Notes: a model not told the origin generated them from the letters alone. 64,000 nucleotides of DNA from Macrostomum lignano (GCA_002269645.1 NIVC01000364.1:496001-560000); one strand, 5' to 3'; positions 1 through 13,417 are shown, numbered from the stretch's first letter. Numbers and translations: made by a program.

Positions 1-512
1 TCCGGGTTCAGTTTGCCAATGGCATCTAAATTCCATACAAATAGGCTATTGGATTCAAGAACGCCAGACGAATGCTCGATGCGTACTCGCAATTCGATTT
101 TATCAGAAAAGGCACGCGAGTATGGTAATTTTGACGACAGTAGCGTGAAGTCGAATTCATTTTCGCGCTCGTTTTTAAGCCTCACTGAAAATGGTATAGT
201 GTCTTTACACTGGACCTCATTTGAGCTGGACTTCAATGATTCCATGTCCATCATTGACTCAACATAATCTCGCCTGCACTTGAACTGTAGAATTCTTCTC
301 AAGCCAGTACCAACATTTCCTACGACTACGATTTTAATTATTAGCCGTTTGTCAGTGTTCAAAAATGCTAACATGTTTGACGATCCAACTTCCCATGTTT
401 CTTCCCAGGACAGCATGATCTTGTTGGTCTCGGAGAACATGAATCTTGGCTTTTCATTGGCTGCGAGAGTGGCAGCAATTATGCAGAAGAGGATCAGGTG
501 TTGATAGTGCAT
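1..512 (-). CDS. Unknown secreted or ectodomain protein, 5' part only (runs off the window edge); possibly cadherin-like
   Basis: Manual translation from the ATG at 512 gives 170 stop-free codons to position 1: MHYQHLILFCIIAATLAANEKPRFMFSETNKIMLSWEETWEVGSS...LFVWNLDAIGKLNP. It has a hydrophobic signal peptide and a pyrimidine tract plus CAG acceptor 5 nt upstream. The ORF track misses it because it has no stop in the window. Confidence 0.7.
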   Translation of the reverse strand, partial: MHYQHLILFCIIAATLAANEKPRFMFSETNKIMLSWEETWEVGSSNMLAFLNTDKRLIIKIVVVGNVGTGLRRILQFKCRRDYVESMMDMESLKSSSNEVQCKDTIPFSVRLKNERENEFDFTLLSSKLPYSRAFSDKIELRVRIEHSSGVLESNSLFVWNLDAIGKLNP

Positions 513-1277
513 AACAGCTGAAATATAGAAGTTTAGATTTGTTTTTGTGTTACATTGTTCAAAACACAGCAACATGTTACATGAATACAATAAGTCTATG
601 ATACTTTGCTACATTATCATTTTAAGATTATATAAAGTAGCAGAAAAAATACTTTTCATTTTCACTGCTATGCTTTTGATATCAGTAAACCAGAAAAGCT
701 CAAAACTTTCAAATTTAGACAAAAATGATCTCCCTTAAAATCAACATTTTTCTGCCAACCAAACTTCTGGGAAAATGTGTTTTACACTTACAATCATGTG
801 CATACAATGTACAACATAGAATTATAAAAAATAAAACTTACAGAAGTTTACAATTATGAAAGATATGAAAAATAGACAAATGAAAGACTAAAGACGAGAC
901 TGTCACCACTGCCTTAGCCCTACAAAGTACAGATCATAGAAGGTTGGCAATAGTCAGTCAATTAACAATGTCAACTTATTATCTCTAGGACCAAGTTTAA
1001 GTTCTGCTTCTGCTATCATTAGGGCCTATTGGTTTTTTAGCTCATGTAATGTTACAAGTGTTTAAACAGCAGTTGTGCCAGAGGGTTTGCTTAATCAGGA
1101 TATAATCAACTAGCCTATATAAACCCTATAGGAAAAAGTTGTAAAACCGCGGACGGTGTCCAGCGCACTTTTGAAATTTTTCTAAAGCGCAGTGCGCACA
1201 CAGGCGCAGCGCCTGCGCACACTGCCCTTTCTTACTGGCTGCTGCTCTAGCAAATACATATACATGGAAATGGGTAT

Positions 1278-2063
1278 GGCTCATTCCATATAAGATGGAC
1301 ATATTTGGAAAATAGAAAAAAGTCAATATTTTTGCTTGCCATTGCCTAATTAGCCTATTTTTTTACCAAATGTTTATATTGTGCAATATATACAATCTAA
1401 GAATAAAGGAATGGTAAAATGTTGGATTAGTATGTTATCAATTGGCAAAAAGTCATTTTTGTAAAAATTTGGACATTTTTCGAAGCAAAAGACATCATTA
1501 AGATTTTGTACCTTTTAAAAACAAATAGAAAGCTTTTGAAGGTTGAAACAAACTATAGATAAAAGTATAGTACTTGTATCATCAGATAAAAGCATTGGTG
1601 ACCAAATAATCTATTATATTTTTAATGTATTAGTACCTCAAAGTTACTGAATTGACAGAAAAAAATATGTTACGACCATAATGTTACGACCATAAGGCTG
1701 CCTTTTCTTTTGTATCTTTGTTGCCTTTTGAGTTTATATATTCTAATAAAAGAGTATGATTTCTAAAGATGTTCTTAGTCAAATTTTAAAAATGTATTGC
1801 AAAATATCAAAAATGAAAAATGTTATAAGACTTTTACCTTTTAGTTTCTATATGTCAAAAATCCTGTCATTACAACCATAAGTGTCATTTAAGGTTTAAT
1901 AGCATCTATACTAATGATGATATCTATATGAAACTCTATAAATATATTCTAGACAAAATAATCTTTCATTTAAAATATTGGTTTAGTATATTCTATTATT
2001 AGATTTCATTTTATAAGTAAAAATAACCTGTCATGTTACGACCATGCTTATATGGAATGAGCC
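1278..2063. mobile_element. MITE family A, copy 1 (786 bp, non-coding)
   Basis: 17-bp TIR GGCTCATTCCATATAAG; 4-bp TSD GTAT (1274-1277 / 2064-2067); near-identical copy at 19017-19805. Confidence 0.93.
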
Positions 2064-2112
2064 GTATAATACCTCTGTTGAAGGGGCTTATATACTCGTA
2101 ATTTATTAAGCT

Positions 2113-2422
2113 TAGAGATGTTCCGAAAATTCAATTTCAATTTTCCAAATTTGAAATTTTTTAGAGCGAATTTCAATTTTGAAAAAAATTTAGAAGTGAA
2201 AATTTTGGTAGTGTCTAAAAAGTCACTAAAAATAAACTACTTTCTACTATATATACATGTATTACTTTTTGCTTAAGCAGTAAATTGAAAGTAAAAAAAT
2301 GAGTGTTGATCATACTAAACTTTGTTTTTCTGAATTATGATTTTGGGAAATTTCTATTTTGATTTTGGAAAGTTAGCGAATTTTGATTTCAACAAAACTG
2401 CAGATCTTTTGGAACATCTCTA
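2113..2422. mobile_element. hAT-like MITE, aged
   Basis: Perfect 12-bp TIR TAGAGATGTTCC. The 8-bp flanks match only 5/8 (ATTAAGCT / ATAATCCT). Confidence 0.55.
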
Positions 2423-4970
2423 ATAATCCTAAAGCACGGTAAAATAGTTTGACTCTTTGTCTTTTCTAAAGCGCGCGTCCGCGGGTTTTTAACATTTATT
2501 CCAATAGGATATATATATAGGTCACAAAGATAATTTTACAAGTATAATAATTATATTTACCTTATAGATTGATATTCACAATCATATTTGAATTTTAACA
2601 AACTTATTATTAATTTTTGTTTAATTCAAACAATAAAGTATAGCCATAGGCTTTAAGCTAGAAATTGATTTTCAACTTTATTATTATATATACTTGGTTT
2701 GTCATATATATACCAAAGTTTCATAGCTCTACTTTAAGTAGAAGTGTCTATTAGCAAATATTAGGCTAGATTTAAAATAATATAAAGATAAAATTGCATG
2801 TTTTATCTTAATAGTTTAAATAAATTGACTGTTTTAACAAGGCAACATATGACAAATTTTTATTTGTCATAAATAAAATATATAAAATAAATAAATAATT
2901 GTCATTAACTTTGTCCAATAAACAATGTTTATCATACCAATATATTGGGTTTTGGGTTGGTAAAGTTGGTTGATATATCTAATCAACATGAAATTCCTAT
3001 TTTATAGCTAAATGGTCACATTTATATAGATACAAAGTTAAAAGCATAAACAAAGAAAAAGTTTTGTTTAGATTAATATACAACAATTATAGTTAATTGC
3101 TTTTTATTTTTGTATAATTTAAGTAAAGATTGACTAGAATCTTTGATTTAATTCTAAAACATCTTGTCCATTAAATATTTATAGCAATTCAACAAATTAA
3201 TTAAACCTACATAAATAAAAGTGGTAATATAATATCAAATTTACTTAAAACTTGAAATATTTAACTCACTTTATCTTATAAATAATTATAACACTGGTTT
3301 AAACACTTTCAATGCGAAGGCCATATCTTATGATGATAACTATAGGCTAATGCTAGATCTAAGCCTAATGTCAATTTCTTCATGTATTTTAATTTTAAAA
3401 CTATATATATATATAATATTAAACAAAAAGTAACATGATGTTTGTTAATATTAGGCCTAATGGCTAACATACCAAACAAAAAATTTTTGGCTTAAAACAA
3501 CTACTAGTTGAGAAAATGCCAATTATCAAAATATTAGATTGATAAAATATCTAGTTACTCTATGACTTTGGTTTAACTATAGGCCTTCCTATAGATATAT
3601 GTTAACTAATATTATGACATAATTATGCTATATATTATACTGGCCCCACACTGGATAGTGTAATATATACCCAAAAATTTGGGTGTGCATTGGCCTTGTA
3701 TACCAAAAGTAAGTATACACAGTTGGCATGCATCATTCCTAAGAAAATAGTGTGCATGCATACTTAGTGTGCACTTCATAGAATCACATGAAAAAGTTTT
3801 TGTAAAGTAGAAAAAAGATTAAAAAAATCATTTTTAAGCATAAATTTCAAGCTTTCCAGGTTTTTAAAGCTTATAATAAAGCATTTAAACAAATATTTGC
3901 ATATATCGATTTTCTACTATGAATAGCATTGTTGAAAAAGCAGAAAACTTAACCAAATTAGGCCTATCTGCCAAAAAGGTCCATTATGCAATTCAAAAAA
4001 GGTCACTTATTGTCACAATGTAAAAAAGACCTTTTATTGTTGCAACACCTATGTAGTTTTGAGAATGGGCATGCATATGCACTCAATTTTTTTATGTGCT
4101 AATCATTTGTGATTATTTGATTTTTGTTTGGGCAAAAATTTTCAAAGCAAATGATTGAAGCATTGAGATATAGCAATAAATCAAAGTTTTGGTTTATCTT
4201 GGTTGAAGATTGTTGATCAACAAAAAGTTTGATTTATTGCTATGTCACAATGCTTCAATTATTTGCTCTGAAACTTTTATTACTTCTTAACGCACGTCTC
4301 AGCTTCTCAATGACATCTTAGACACATGATTCCCTTTTGTATTTCCCAAGATTTTTGCTTCCAAAATGTGTTTGTAAGGGATGCCAATGAATTTGTCTTT
4401 TGACAAACTTTGCATTCATGCCAATTTTTTTATTTGGGACAGAAAATTTCTGCTTACAAATTTTTAAAGCTGAATATGGTGTCAAAGTAAGGAATATATC
4501 CCAAAACAAATTCATTTTTTGTTTGAATTATCTGCCTGAAGAAAAATATCTGTCTGGTGAATATCTGTTGGGAAACCCACACATAAAAATGTGATAACAT
4601 TGAAAAAAAACAGGGGGACTTCTTGAACTTTAGGTATATAAAATACTTCCAATTTTTGGATTTTCTAAAACTTCTTGCCAGAGTCTTGGAGGCTATCCAA
4701 AATGATAGTAAAGCAAAGAAAATTGCAAAAAATTATCTTCAAAGTTAACAGAGCTCAACTTAATTTGTTAATCCCCTATGTTAAGGTTTGAGAACTGTAT
4801 GTTTGAAAATTAAGCTTTTTTTAGAATCATGACTTTTAAAGGTAAATTTTTTCCACACTTTAATGAATTCATTCTAAAAATATTTAGACAATTAGAGGGT
4901 GAGATTTTTGACTTCCATAAAGAGTCTATTTTAATTTTTCTTTATTCAGTTTGTTATAATGCAGTGAAAG

Positions 4971-5489
4971 CCATAGTCCGGATCATGGCCTATATGCCAA
5001 ATTAATTTGGTATACAGTCAAACCTTGCTAACCCTATTGGTGTACATTGGCATACAACCAAAAAATTGGGCTTTATCTATTGGCGTGAATGGTGTACATG
5101 CTATTGCTGTTGCAACTTGCAATGTAATATATATAAATATTGGTATTTTTTAGGAATTTGTACAATAATTTAAAAAATGGAATTTATGTTAGAAATACAT
5201 TCATTTTAACAAAATATATTCCCATCTATTGTTCTATTGAATAATTTTAATATTCTAATAAAACCTGCTACTAGAGGCGTAATATATATTTTACTTGCTT
5301 GTAGTATAACAGGGATATATATATAACATAGGTGTAACTGTATTTAAATTGTGATTTGCTCCATTTTTTATGGTGTAAAAGTGGCGTACAGTTAAGGAAG
5401 GCAGAAAAAATTTGGTGTACATTGGTGTACAAACTGTGGATCTATCAAGTTTTAGTTTGGCATACACCTTGCCATGATCCGGACTATGG
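4971..5489. mobile_element. MITE with CCATAG termini, 8-bp TSD class
   Basis: 19-bp perfect TIR CCATAGTCCGGATCATGGC; flanks AGTGAAAG / AGTGAGAG (7/8). Confidence 0.8.
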
Positions 5490-5560
5490 AGTGAGAGTGC
5501 CATATCAAATAAGTGTTTTTAAAAATGTTGATTCATGGTTTGCTAAATTGCTACTATCTT

Positions 5561-6003
5561 CCATAGTCGGGAAGGTAGCACAGTGTGCGCCGGAACTATT
5601 TTGATGGCTTTTGAGCACTGTGTGCCGTGCGCCATGAAGAAAAGATTTTGTGCGCCGCAGCACGCCATGATAAGGTAAGTCTAAGGTAAGGTAAGGTATT
5701 TTTTCTACTGTAAGGAATTTATGGTAGACAAATTTGAATTTCATTTACATATTTTATATCATGATTTACGTAATTTATGTAATTTACATAATTTTATTTT
5801 ACGAATTATAGAATTAGGCCTGACACTATATATATTGCAAAGTATAATGAAGTGTAACTATATATTTTTTTAGCAAAATGTGCCATGTGCGCCGCCAGAG
5901 CATTTCCAATTTTTCCTTATATGCCGTATGCGCCGTGTGTGCCAAAAAAAGGGCCAATTTGCGCCAGAAAATTCACCAAAAACTGCCACCTTCCCAGCTA
6001 TGG
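5561..6003. mobile_element. Second MITE with CCATAG termini, 8-bp TSD class
   Basis: Imperfect TIR CCATAGTCGGGAAGGTAGCA vs CCATAGCTGGGAAGGTGGCA; perfect 8-bp TSD ACTATCTT (5553-5560 / 6004-6011); internal GTGCGCC repeats. Confidence 0.8.
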
Positions 6004-6230
6004 ACTATCTTTACCTCTTGCTTTTCCCTGTCATTCTCTCATGGTTGTGACTAGCTGTACATTCTTTTACTTGTTAACCTATCATGCTTGGGCGCAAACT
6101 AGGGATTCACCTGGCCATTTCTATTGGCAACACACACATGTAAATCACTATTGGACGGAATAATAGTCACGTGACTGCTCTCAGCCAATAGCGACTTACA
6201 TGTATATGTTGCTAATACTGTAATAGAAAT

Positions 6231-7334
6231 CAGTGTTGGGCACTTCCGTTACCGAGTAACTTGCAAATGGTAACGCAAGTTACTTTTTCGTAAAGCGTTC
6301 CTTACGCAAGTTACTTTTTTATTTTAGTAACGGAGTAACGGTAAGTTACTCAAATTTCGGAAGTCCGTTACAGTTACTTTGCAACAATCGCAATATTTAA
6401 ATTAAAAACTGAAATGCTTAGCTAGTACGCCGGTTGTCACATGTTTTTGCATTTTTCATTCATAAATTCAAAATTAAGTGAATAGTATCATATGGTATTG
6501 CGTTTAATTAATGAAGAAATACTTGAAACATGTATTACTTTGTTAATATTGGTAAAATATTTTCGCCTTTCATTGAGGCTTTTCATATTACCAATTCCAG
6601 AATCAGAATCGGTTCGGATCTTCCAAGAAAAACAGCAGTATAACTATTTAATTCTGTTGAATGTTTGACTGCCTTAACAACCTCACATAGCACAATTTTT
6701 CACTTTCTTCTTAGCGATTTTCATTCAATAATAAAAACTTTATAGCACGTATCTCCCTCTAGTTATGGAGACAAAAAGTTATACTTCACAAATTGGTTCT
6801 GATTCTGGAACCAGAACTAGCTATATGAAAAGGCCCATTTTCGTTACTAAAAATTTTCAAGTTTGATTCAAACAAACAACCAAAGAAAGAAATTCATCTG
6901 TAGCCTCCACAAGTCCCTCCACTGGCACTGCAGTACACTACACCATTTTATACAGTTCTATTTATTTTACTCTATTGAATTATTGATATTCGTTTATTTT
7001 ATCATTTATAATTTTAATTATTGATTGCCATTGCCCATTGGTCCTTCTATTTGCCTCACATCGTGTCGCCAATTCCTGTCTCTGTCTGTTAATCGGTTAA
7101 TCCCAATGCCCAATGGCAAATTTCGGTAACAACAATGTGAAAAAATGTGCAATGTGAAAAAAGCAGAAAATTTTGTTAATAACATGGGTAACGGAAGTGA
7201 GTAACGGACAGTAACTTAAAAGTTACCAGGTTTTTGTCTAAAGTTACTAGGCTAACGTAAGTTACTTTTTAAAAATTGGTAACTTAAGTTACAGTAACGC
7301 AAGTTACTTTTTTTAAGTAACTTGCCCAACACTG
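6231..7334. mobile_element. Non-autonomous hAT transposon (1104 bp)
   Basis: 12-bp TIR CAGTGTTGGGCA; perfect 8-bp TSD ATAGAAAT; many subterminal GTAAC/GTTAC motifs at both ends. Confidence 0.92.
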
Positions 7335-7389
7335 ATAGAAATGGCTGGGTGATTCCAAAGGTTGCGCATGTATATTACCTATACTTAAT

Positions 7390-7585
7390 CAGGGGTGGAC
7401 CAAGGGGGGAGGGCAAGGGGGCCATGCCCCCACCCTGAGCTCTGCCAAAAAAATCCTTAGATGTATTGGTATCATGCTGTATTAGTATCATGGTACCCTA
7501 CCCTAATTGCAGCTCTGGCCTGAATAGACGTGAAGCTTGCCCCCCCCCCTCAATAAAATCCTGGGTCTGCCAGACTCTGCCCCTG
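7390..7585. mobile_element. Small hAT MITE (196 bp)
   Basis: CAGGGG...CCCCTG termini; perfect 8-bp TSD TACTTAAT. Confidence 0.85.
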
Positions 7586-8727
7586 TACTTAATTTCTACT
7601 AATTTAAATTGTTATCTCTAGCCTATTATCTCTAGAGTCTAGGCCTATTCTGAAAGGTAACTACAGCTGTTGATATCAATTAGAATGATAAGATTATAAT
7701 TTTTTCTCCATGGTTTTTGATAACTTGCTGAATTTTTAATTTAATCTGCATTACAATTTCTTCCTGGACACTCTTAGTTTCCAAATTTATCTACCTAATC
7801 TACAATAGACCCCCATGCCTCTATTGAAGGTTAGGTACATAAAATCAATCCCTATGAAGTTTCTCCCCACCCTAAACCCCCATTCCCTATGCCCTGGTGG
7901 TTGGCTTTAAGCTACAAAAAAATGAAGCTTAAATTTGAAATCAGCACTATCAAAAACCCATATAGACAAAATTATGATCCTATTAAAACTACAACTTATT
8001 TTATCTACCTAAAGTTCAAGAAGTCCAAAAACTGTTTTCAATGAAAACTTAGGCACCTACGACTCAGTTGTAGGTGGTATTTCTGATATGGACTTACGCT
8101 AGAGGACTTAGCCAAAAGTCAGGATACTCACCGTAGCCACTAGTACGATGGATGGATGAATGAATCATGCATCCGCGAAAACACACTTCCCTGCCAAATG
8201 CTTTCCATTAAATAGAAAGAAAGAATAGAAAGCGCATTAATCATTCAACGGATAAAACAAAAACGATGAATGATTTGTATTAAATCTGATAATTTACTTC
8301 TCTTGACTAGTTTCAGGTAAAGGTTTTTTAATAAAAACAGAAATATGCAAAAAATTAGGTAATACTTCCCCAGTAGACGACTTCGTTTTTTACCGTTTAC
8401 AAGCGGATTGAGCCAAATGTACAATATGTCCCCAGGACAGTTTCATTTTTGTCACTTACTTGGCGGTCCCGTACAGGGCGGTTCAAATTGTCACTATAGA
8501 CCCACGGAGTTGCTAGTGTAATGTAGTGGCCTAAATATGTTGCATATGTAAACTAAAATAAAAAAATATTCTTCAACACCCAAACTGATATCAGTTAGCA
8601 ATAAAATTTATTAAAAGTTCTAATGCGAAAAATGTAAGCTATATATAGTTTCGGTCAGCATCTTATTGATAAAGGGCCAATTGCGCCTTGTAAGAACCAT
8701 ACATGCATGAGACAATATAAAAGTTTT

Positions 8728-11095
8728 TGTTGTGGCAACAGCTGCATATGCATGCATTCAGCCAGTCATGTGGTGAATGCCTCGAAGGAGGATGCATCCA
8801 GCCAGACAATTAGCAGTTTGCTGAGCCATGCATGGTTGGCAATAACTTTCGCGCACTTCCCAGCCATGAGATCTTCGCGTGTTTTTTGTTTCGCACAGCT
8901 CATTATTGCAATTTGTCTTTGAATTCGGCTTCCTCTCGCTTCGGCTTGTGATATAACTGCAGTGAACGCACTACGGAGCCCTGTTTAGAGTCCTCGATCC
9001 CCCCCCTTGAGGAGCGATCGATCAAGTACAGGCTGTACAGTGTGTAATATCGCAGGGCTTCAAATGACAGCCAAGATACAGCAATTTGAGACTTCTTCTT
9101 CGGCCTTCGTTATTTGAAACTATTACTCCACATGGATAGACGACGAAGATGGCCGAATTTGGCACATTCAACCCTTTTGAGAAGTAACTGGGTGTGCAGT
9201 CTACATATCTTCTTCTAAAAGCGGTCTTAAGATAAAGAAAGACGGCTACGCAGTTTCTTAGCCGATTTCGAGAATCAGGCAGAGACCTGCGACTTCGGCA
9301 GGACGCGCGTTGCGAGACTACATGCTTCGTCTGCGGACTCCGGGAGCCGGAAGTGCAGAAGCGACCGTCGACTGTCAGCACTTTGACGCTCGAGAAGGCG
9401 AAGGAGGTCACTCAGGCAGCAGAAATTGCCAAAATAAAGACCAGCAACTCGCGTGCCAAGTTATAGAGGTCAAGCTGTTTGGAGGGGCCAATTCACTACG
9501 ACGACGCTGCATGTGCTGCAGATCCAGGCAAGCACCTGTCGGCTTGAGTGCCAGCACCGGAACACAAAGTGCCACGCCTGCGGCAAGCTGGGCCACTTGA
9601 AGACTGGATGTGTCTGTCTGTAACCGCAACTTGAAATTCAGTGGCCGCAAGAACTATAAGTACATCAGGTCCGTAAAGGCAAGAATGAGGAGTGAGAAGC
9701 TCCGCTTCCGGACATTTGCCCTCCGGCACTTCCCCTCCGGCACTTGCCCTCCGGCACTTCCCCTCGGCGGCGTTTGCCCTCCGGACATTTGCCCTCCGGG
9801 ACATTTCCCCTCCGGACATTTGCCCTCCGGACATTTCCCCTCGGGGACATTTGCCCTCGGGGACATTTGCCCTCCGGACATTTGCCCTCCGGACATTTGC
9901 CCTCCGGACATTTCCTCTCCGCACATTTGCCCTCTGCAAATTTACCCCCTCGCACATTACTCACCTCACCTCCTCCTGTACCCACCCGTCGTTCCTCCAG
10001 CACCAACCTCATCCTCCCGCCTCTTGCATCCATCAGGTTCTTCTCCAGCCAACAACTCATCCTTTTCTAGTAAGCAATATATACCCGCGCCCTACCCTAT
10101 CCCCAGCCTTACCTGTACTTTTCCAGAGGGGAAATGTCCGGAGGGCAAATGTCCGGAGGGGAAATGTCCCCGAGTGCAAATGTCCCCGAGGGCAAATGTC
10201 CGGAGGGCAAATGTCCCCGAGGGCAAATGTCCCCGAGGGCAAATGTCCCCGAGGGCAAATGTCCTCGAGGGCAAATGTCCGGAGGGGAAATGCCGGAGGG
10301 CAAATGTCCGGAGGGCAAATGCCGGAGGGCAAATGTCCGGTAGCCGAGAAGCTCAGACATAGGGAAAGCAATGAACACCAGATCTGATATGGTATATCTC
10401 CCTGGTTTGCAGCAGCAGGGAGAGGAATGGGAGAGCCAAACTGCTCATCAACGGGCGATCACTGAGAATTTAGGTGGACACCGGAGCCTGCGTCAGCCTC
10501 GTTACCATCAGTGCTGAGGAGTAGATGGGTCGGTCACGGCTGCAGTAGAGAGAGGTAACTGCTGCGAGGGCATTCCGGTCACGAGGACAGCAAAGGTGGC
10601 AGTGCAGTACGCCATGTATAGACCTGACAGCTGCCTTTGATCATCATCAGCCTGGAGAGGGCGAGCGCGCTAATAGGCCGGAAGTAGCTAAGTGACATCT
10701 GACTGGAAGGAGATCTTCTCCATTTCCGAGCCCGACACGCCGGTCACCCCTGCAGCCATCCCTGCAGCAACAGCGTCTGCAGGAGTTCGCAGACGTTTTT
10801 ACGCCGGGCCTGGGAAACTTCCCCCAAAAGCTACGGCTACAAGAGGACGCGTAGCCCAAGTTCCGTGCCGTACGTCCCCAAGTCCAAGATCGAGGCGGAT
10901 CGACCTGCTGCGGATGCAGGAAGCAGAGGTGGTAGAGGCAGTGCGGGCACAGACGACTCCGGTGGTCACCTGGGAGAAACCGAACGGAACCCACAGCTGA
11001 AGACTGACCATTATCTCTTGCCGACTACACTGGAAGAGCTCTGCGACGCGGTTTTTCAGGCGGAAAAATCTTCTCCAAGCTGGAACTCTAAGAAT
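8728..11095 (+). mobile_element. Decayed Ty3/Gypsy LTR retrotransposon (candidate 5' LTR, gag, protease, start of RT), truncated
   Basis: Frameshifted remnants: gag LTLEKAKEVTQAAE (~9380-9420); zinc knuckle CHACGKLGHLKTGC (9570-9611); protease VDTGACVSL (~10475-10500); RT N-terminus VPYVPKSKIEAD, TPVV...KPNG and GGKIFSKLEL (~10865-11090). The candidate LTR TGTTG...CCACA (8728-9132) followed by TGG is less certain. Confidence 0.8.
9703..10345. mobile_element. Foldback / Mutator-like non-autonomous element, copy 1, inserted in the Gypsy remnant
   Basis: Arms of tandem ~15-mers CCGGACATTTGCCCT (~9703-9945) are inverted at ~10126-10345. Termini CGCTTCCGGACATTT / AAATGTCCGGTAGCC; perfect 9-bp TSD GAGAAGCTC. 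Confidence 0.88.
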
Positions 11096-11521
11096 GTTTT
11101 TTTAAATTCCTATACTGAATGAAGCCAACCGCAACCAGACCGTCATCAAAAACCCACAAAGGATTGCTCAGGTTCAAGCGGGATGCCCCGGATTGTCAGC
11201 CGACATTAAAAAAAGCAGCCCCTGTTTTACAATTTACAGGTACATGTAATATACATGCACATACAGTAAGCCACATGTAAGCTACACTAGCTGTAGATTT
11301 AAAAAAACACGTACTACTGCAAACGATCTGCGCCCCATTGAGAAGGAAACAGAGAATCAATAAAAATCTTTGAATCAACTGCATGAAGTTTTTGACCTTG
11401 TACATTCGCTAATGTCAATTTCTTAAAGCAATTGTAAATAGCATTTAAATTCCCCTTCCATAAATCTTGACACTTAAAAAAATTCTCCCCATGAGACACA
11501 GCATTTCAGCGATTCCCCAAT

Positions 11522-12392
11522 GAACCTTGGCATATTAGTAATTCCCCCATAAGCCTTGACATATTGTTTGGCAATTCCCCCATGAGCCTTGACATATTGT
11601 TTGGCGATTCCCCCTTGACTTACTTGACTTAGCTGCAGGGGGCGTCCGGCGGATGCAGCGAGGAGGCGGAGGAGACCGCCCATTCCGCTAGCCCCTGGCG
11701 ACCAATGACTTCCGTTGAAATGATGTCGCTCAGGGGGACCCGTCAGTCTCGCCTGCAGCGCGGTCCTCCTCACCAACGGTGGGGAAGAACTCAGCTCGTC
11801 CGGTGTCCCTGAGGTACCGGGGGAGCCGCGGATGCTCTCGGGCCTGCAAACGTCGGAGAAAACCGGGTTTGGCACGAGGTGAGTGAGCCTGGCCCTGGTG
11901 AAAACCGGGCAGTGGCAGATAGAGTCCCTCGTCGCATTCGAATAAATGTTCAGAGGCGTGCCCTTCAGAGTTAGCTTCCACAGGAGGCCATCAAAGGCAC
12001 CTCTCACCTGCTGCTTCAGCTGGTCGGGAGACAGGCGCGCGTCCTTCCCCAGAATGACAACCGCCGGTTGCCTCTTTGCCGCATCAGCGTAGGAGGCCCG
12101 GGGGTCGGTGGAGTCTTCCTCAGGTGGGCTGTCCACCCTCCCGGCTGCATCGGCCTCCCTATCCTGGCCAGGGACTTCAGTGGGCTCGAGGCCCTCTTCC
12201 GCCACCGCCCCAGATTGAGCCTTGAACCTTGACATATTGTTTGGCAATTCCCCCATGAGCCTTAACATATTGTTTGGCAATTCCCCCATGAGCCTTGACA
12301 TATTGTTTGGCAATTCCCCCATGAGCCTTGACATATTGTTTGGCAATTCCCCCATGAGCCTTGACATATTGTTTGGCAATTCCCCCATGAGC
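11522..12392. repeat. 33-bp minisatellite (AGCCTTGACATATTGTTTGGCAATTCCCCCATG) split by a ~600-bp insert
   Basis: Units at ~11522-11614 and ~12216-12392. Confidence 0.85.
11615..12215 (-). mobile_element. GC-rich insert, probable non-LTR retroelement fragment
   Basis: It interrupts a minisatellite. The - strand ends in a short-repeat tail TAAGTCAAGTAAGTCAA, and a SYADAAK motif resembles LINE ORF1. No TSD was found. Confidence 0.4.
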
Positions 12393-13417
12393 CGTCTATG
12401 GTTGACAGGGCGATAAATGTATGGTTGAACCAACCCTATCCTTAACCCTAACCCTGCGCTAAGAGCCACACCATTTCAGCGATCCCCCCAATGAGTCTTT
12501 ACATCTGGAAAATTCTCTCATGAGCCACACCATTTCAGTTATACCACCATGGGGCTTGACATCTCAGTGACACTTCCCCATAAGCCTTGAAAACTAAAAA
12601 ATTCCTTCCCCAATGAATCAGGACATCTTATCAATTCCCTCATGAGCCTTTCATGCTTGACGGTGATTCTTTTGTGGCTGAACCTTACCCTAACCACATC
12701 CCTGTAACACCTTAGCAACTCTACTCGTTAGCCTCTACATCTGAACAGCCTCTTCTAAATCTTGTCTATGGTAACTCGGTTAAGGTGATGCTATGTTGCT
12801 AACAACAAAAATGCGCTGAAGGTTACGAGTAAAATATAACAGCGTCGTCGATCGCAGGGGCCGGGCGTTTTGGGGCCCAGGTTGGGATAAAGACTGTCGA
12901 CAGAATACGTCCGCTATACGGATTCAGCTATGCAATTAAAATTTTGACAGTATTAGCGAGGTCATTCACAGTGCAATTTAAAAGGTACGAAAGCATGCAG
13001 TGCAAGCCAACAGAGAGAGTCTCAAGGCCCTATGTGAATTCTTACTTCACGTTCACAGTACAATGTACATTCAGACGTCACGAGTAGAAGCATTAGTCAG
13101 TAGATAGCTGCTTTAATAAAAACATTATGAACATGGAACCTGACTAATAGTTTCCACGGGACTACCTCTGAATGGCCGCGGACCGACCGCGGAGAATCCT
13201 AAACGAGCTCGTGTCCTGACAAAAATAGCCATGAGGTAGATTCCTAGTTGTGTTCGCGCACAGTGCCGCAAAAGGAAAGAGATCGACTGAAATTCGAGGC
13301 GTACAACAGCTGTGTGCATGCCCATGCCTCTATATTAATGAGCACGAGCACTGCTCTAGTAAAAGCTAAACAAGGCTGTTGGTTTTTTCTCTACAAATTT
13401 TGAGTATAAATAAAAAT

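Noticed and set aside
9496-10387. Many overlapping ORFs such as PEGKC and DICPP repeats (also 46961-47546)
   Set aside because: They are translations of 15-bp foldback arms that are open in several frames.
12438-12460. CCTTAACCCTAACCCT telomere-like motif
   Set aside because: Only about two units, too short to call an interstitial telomere.
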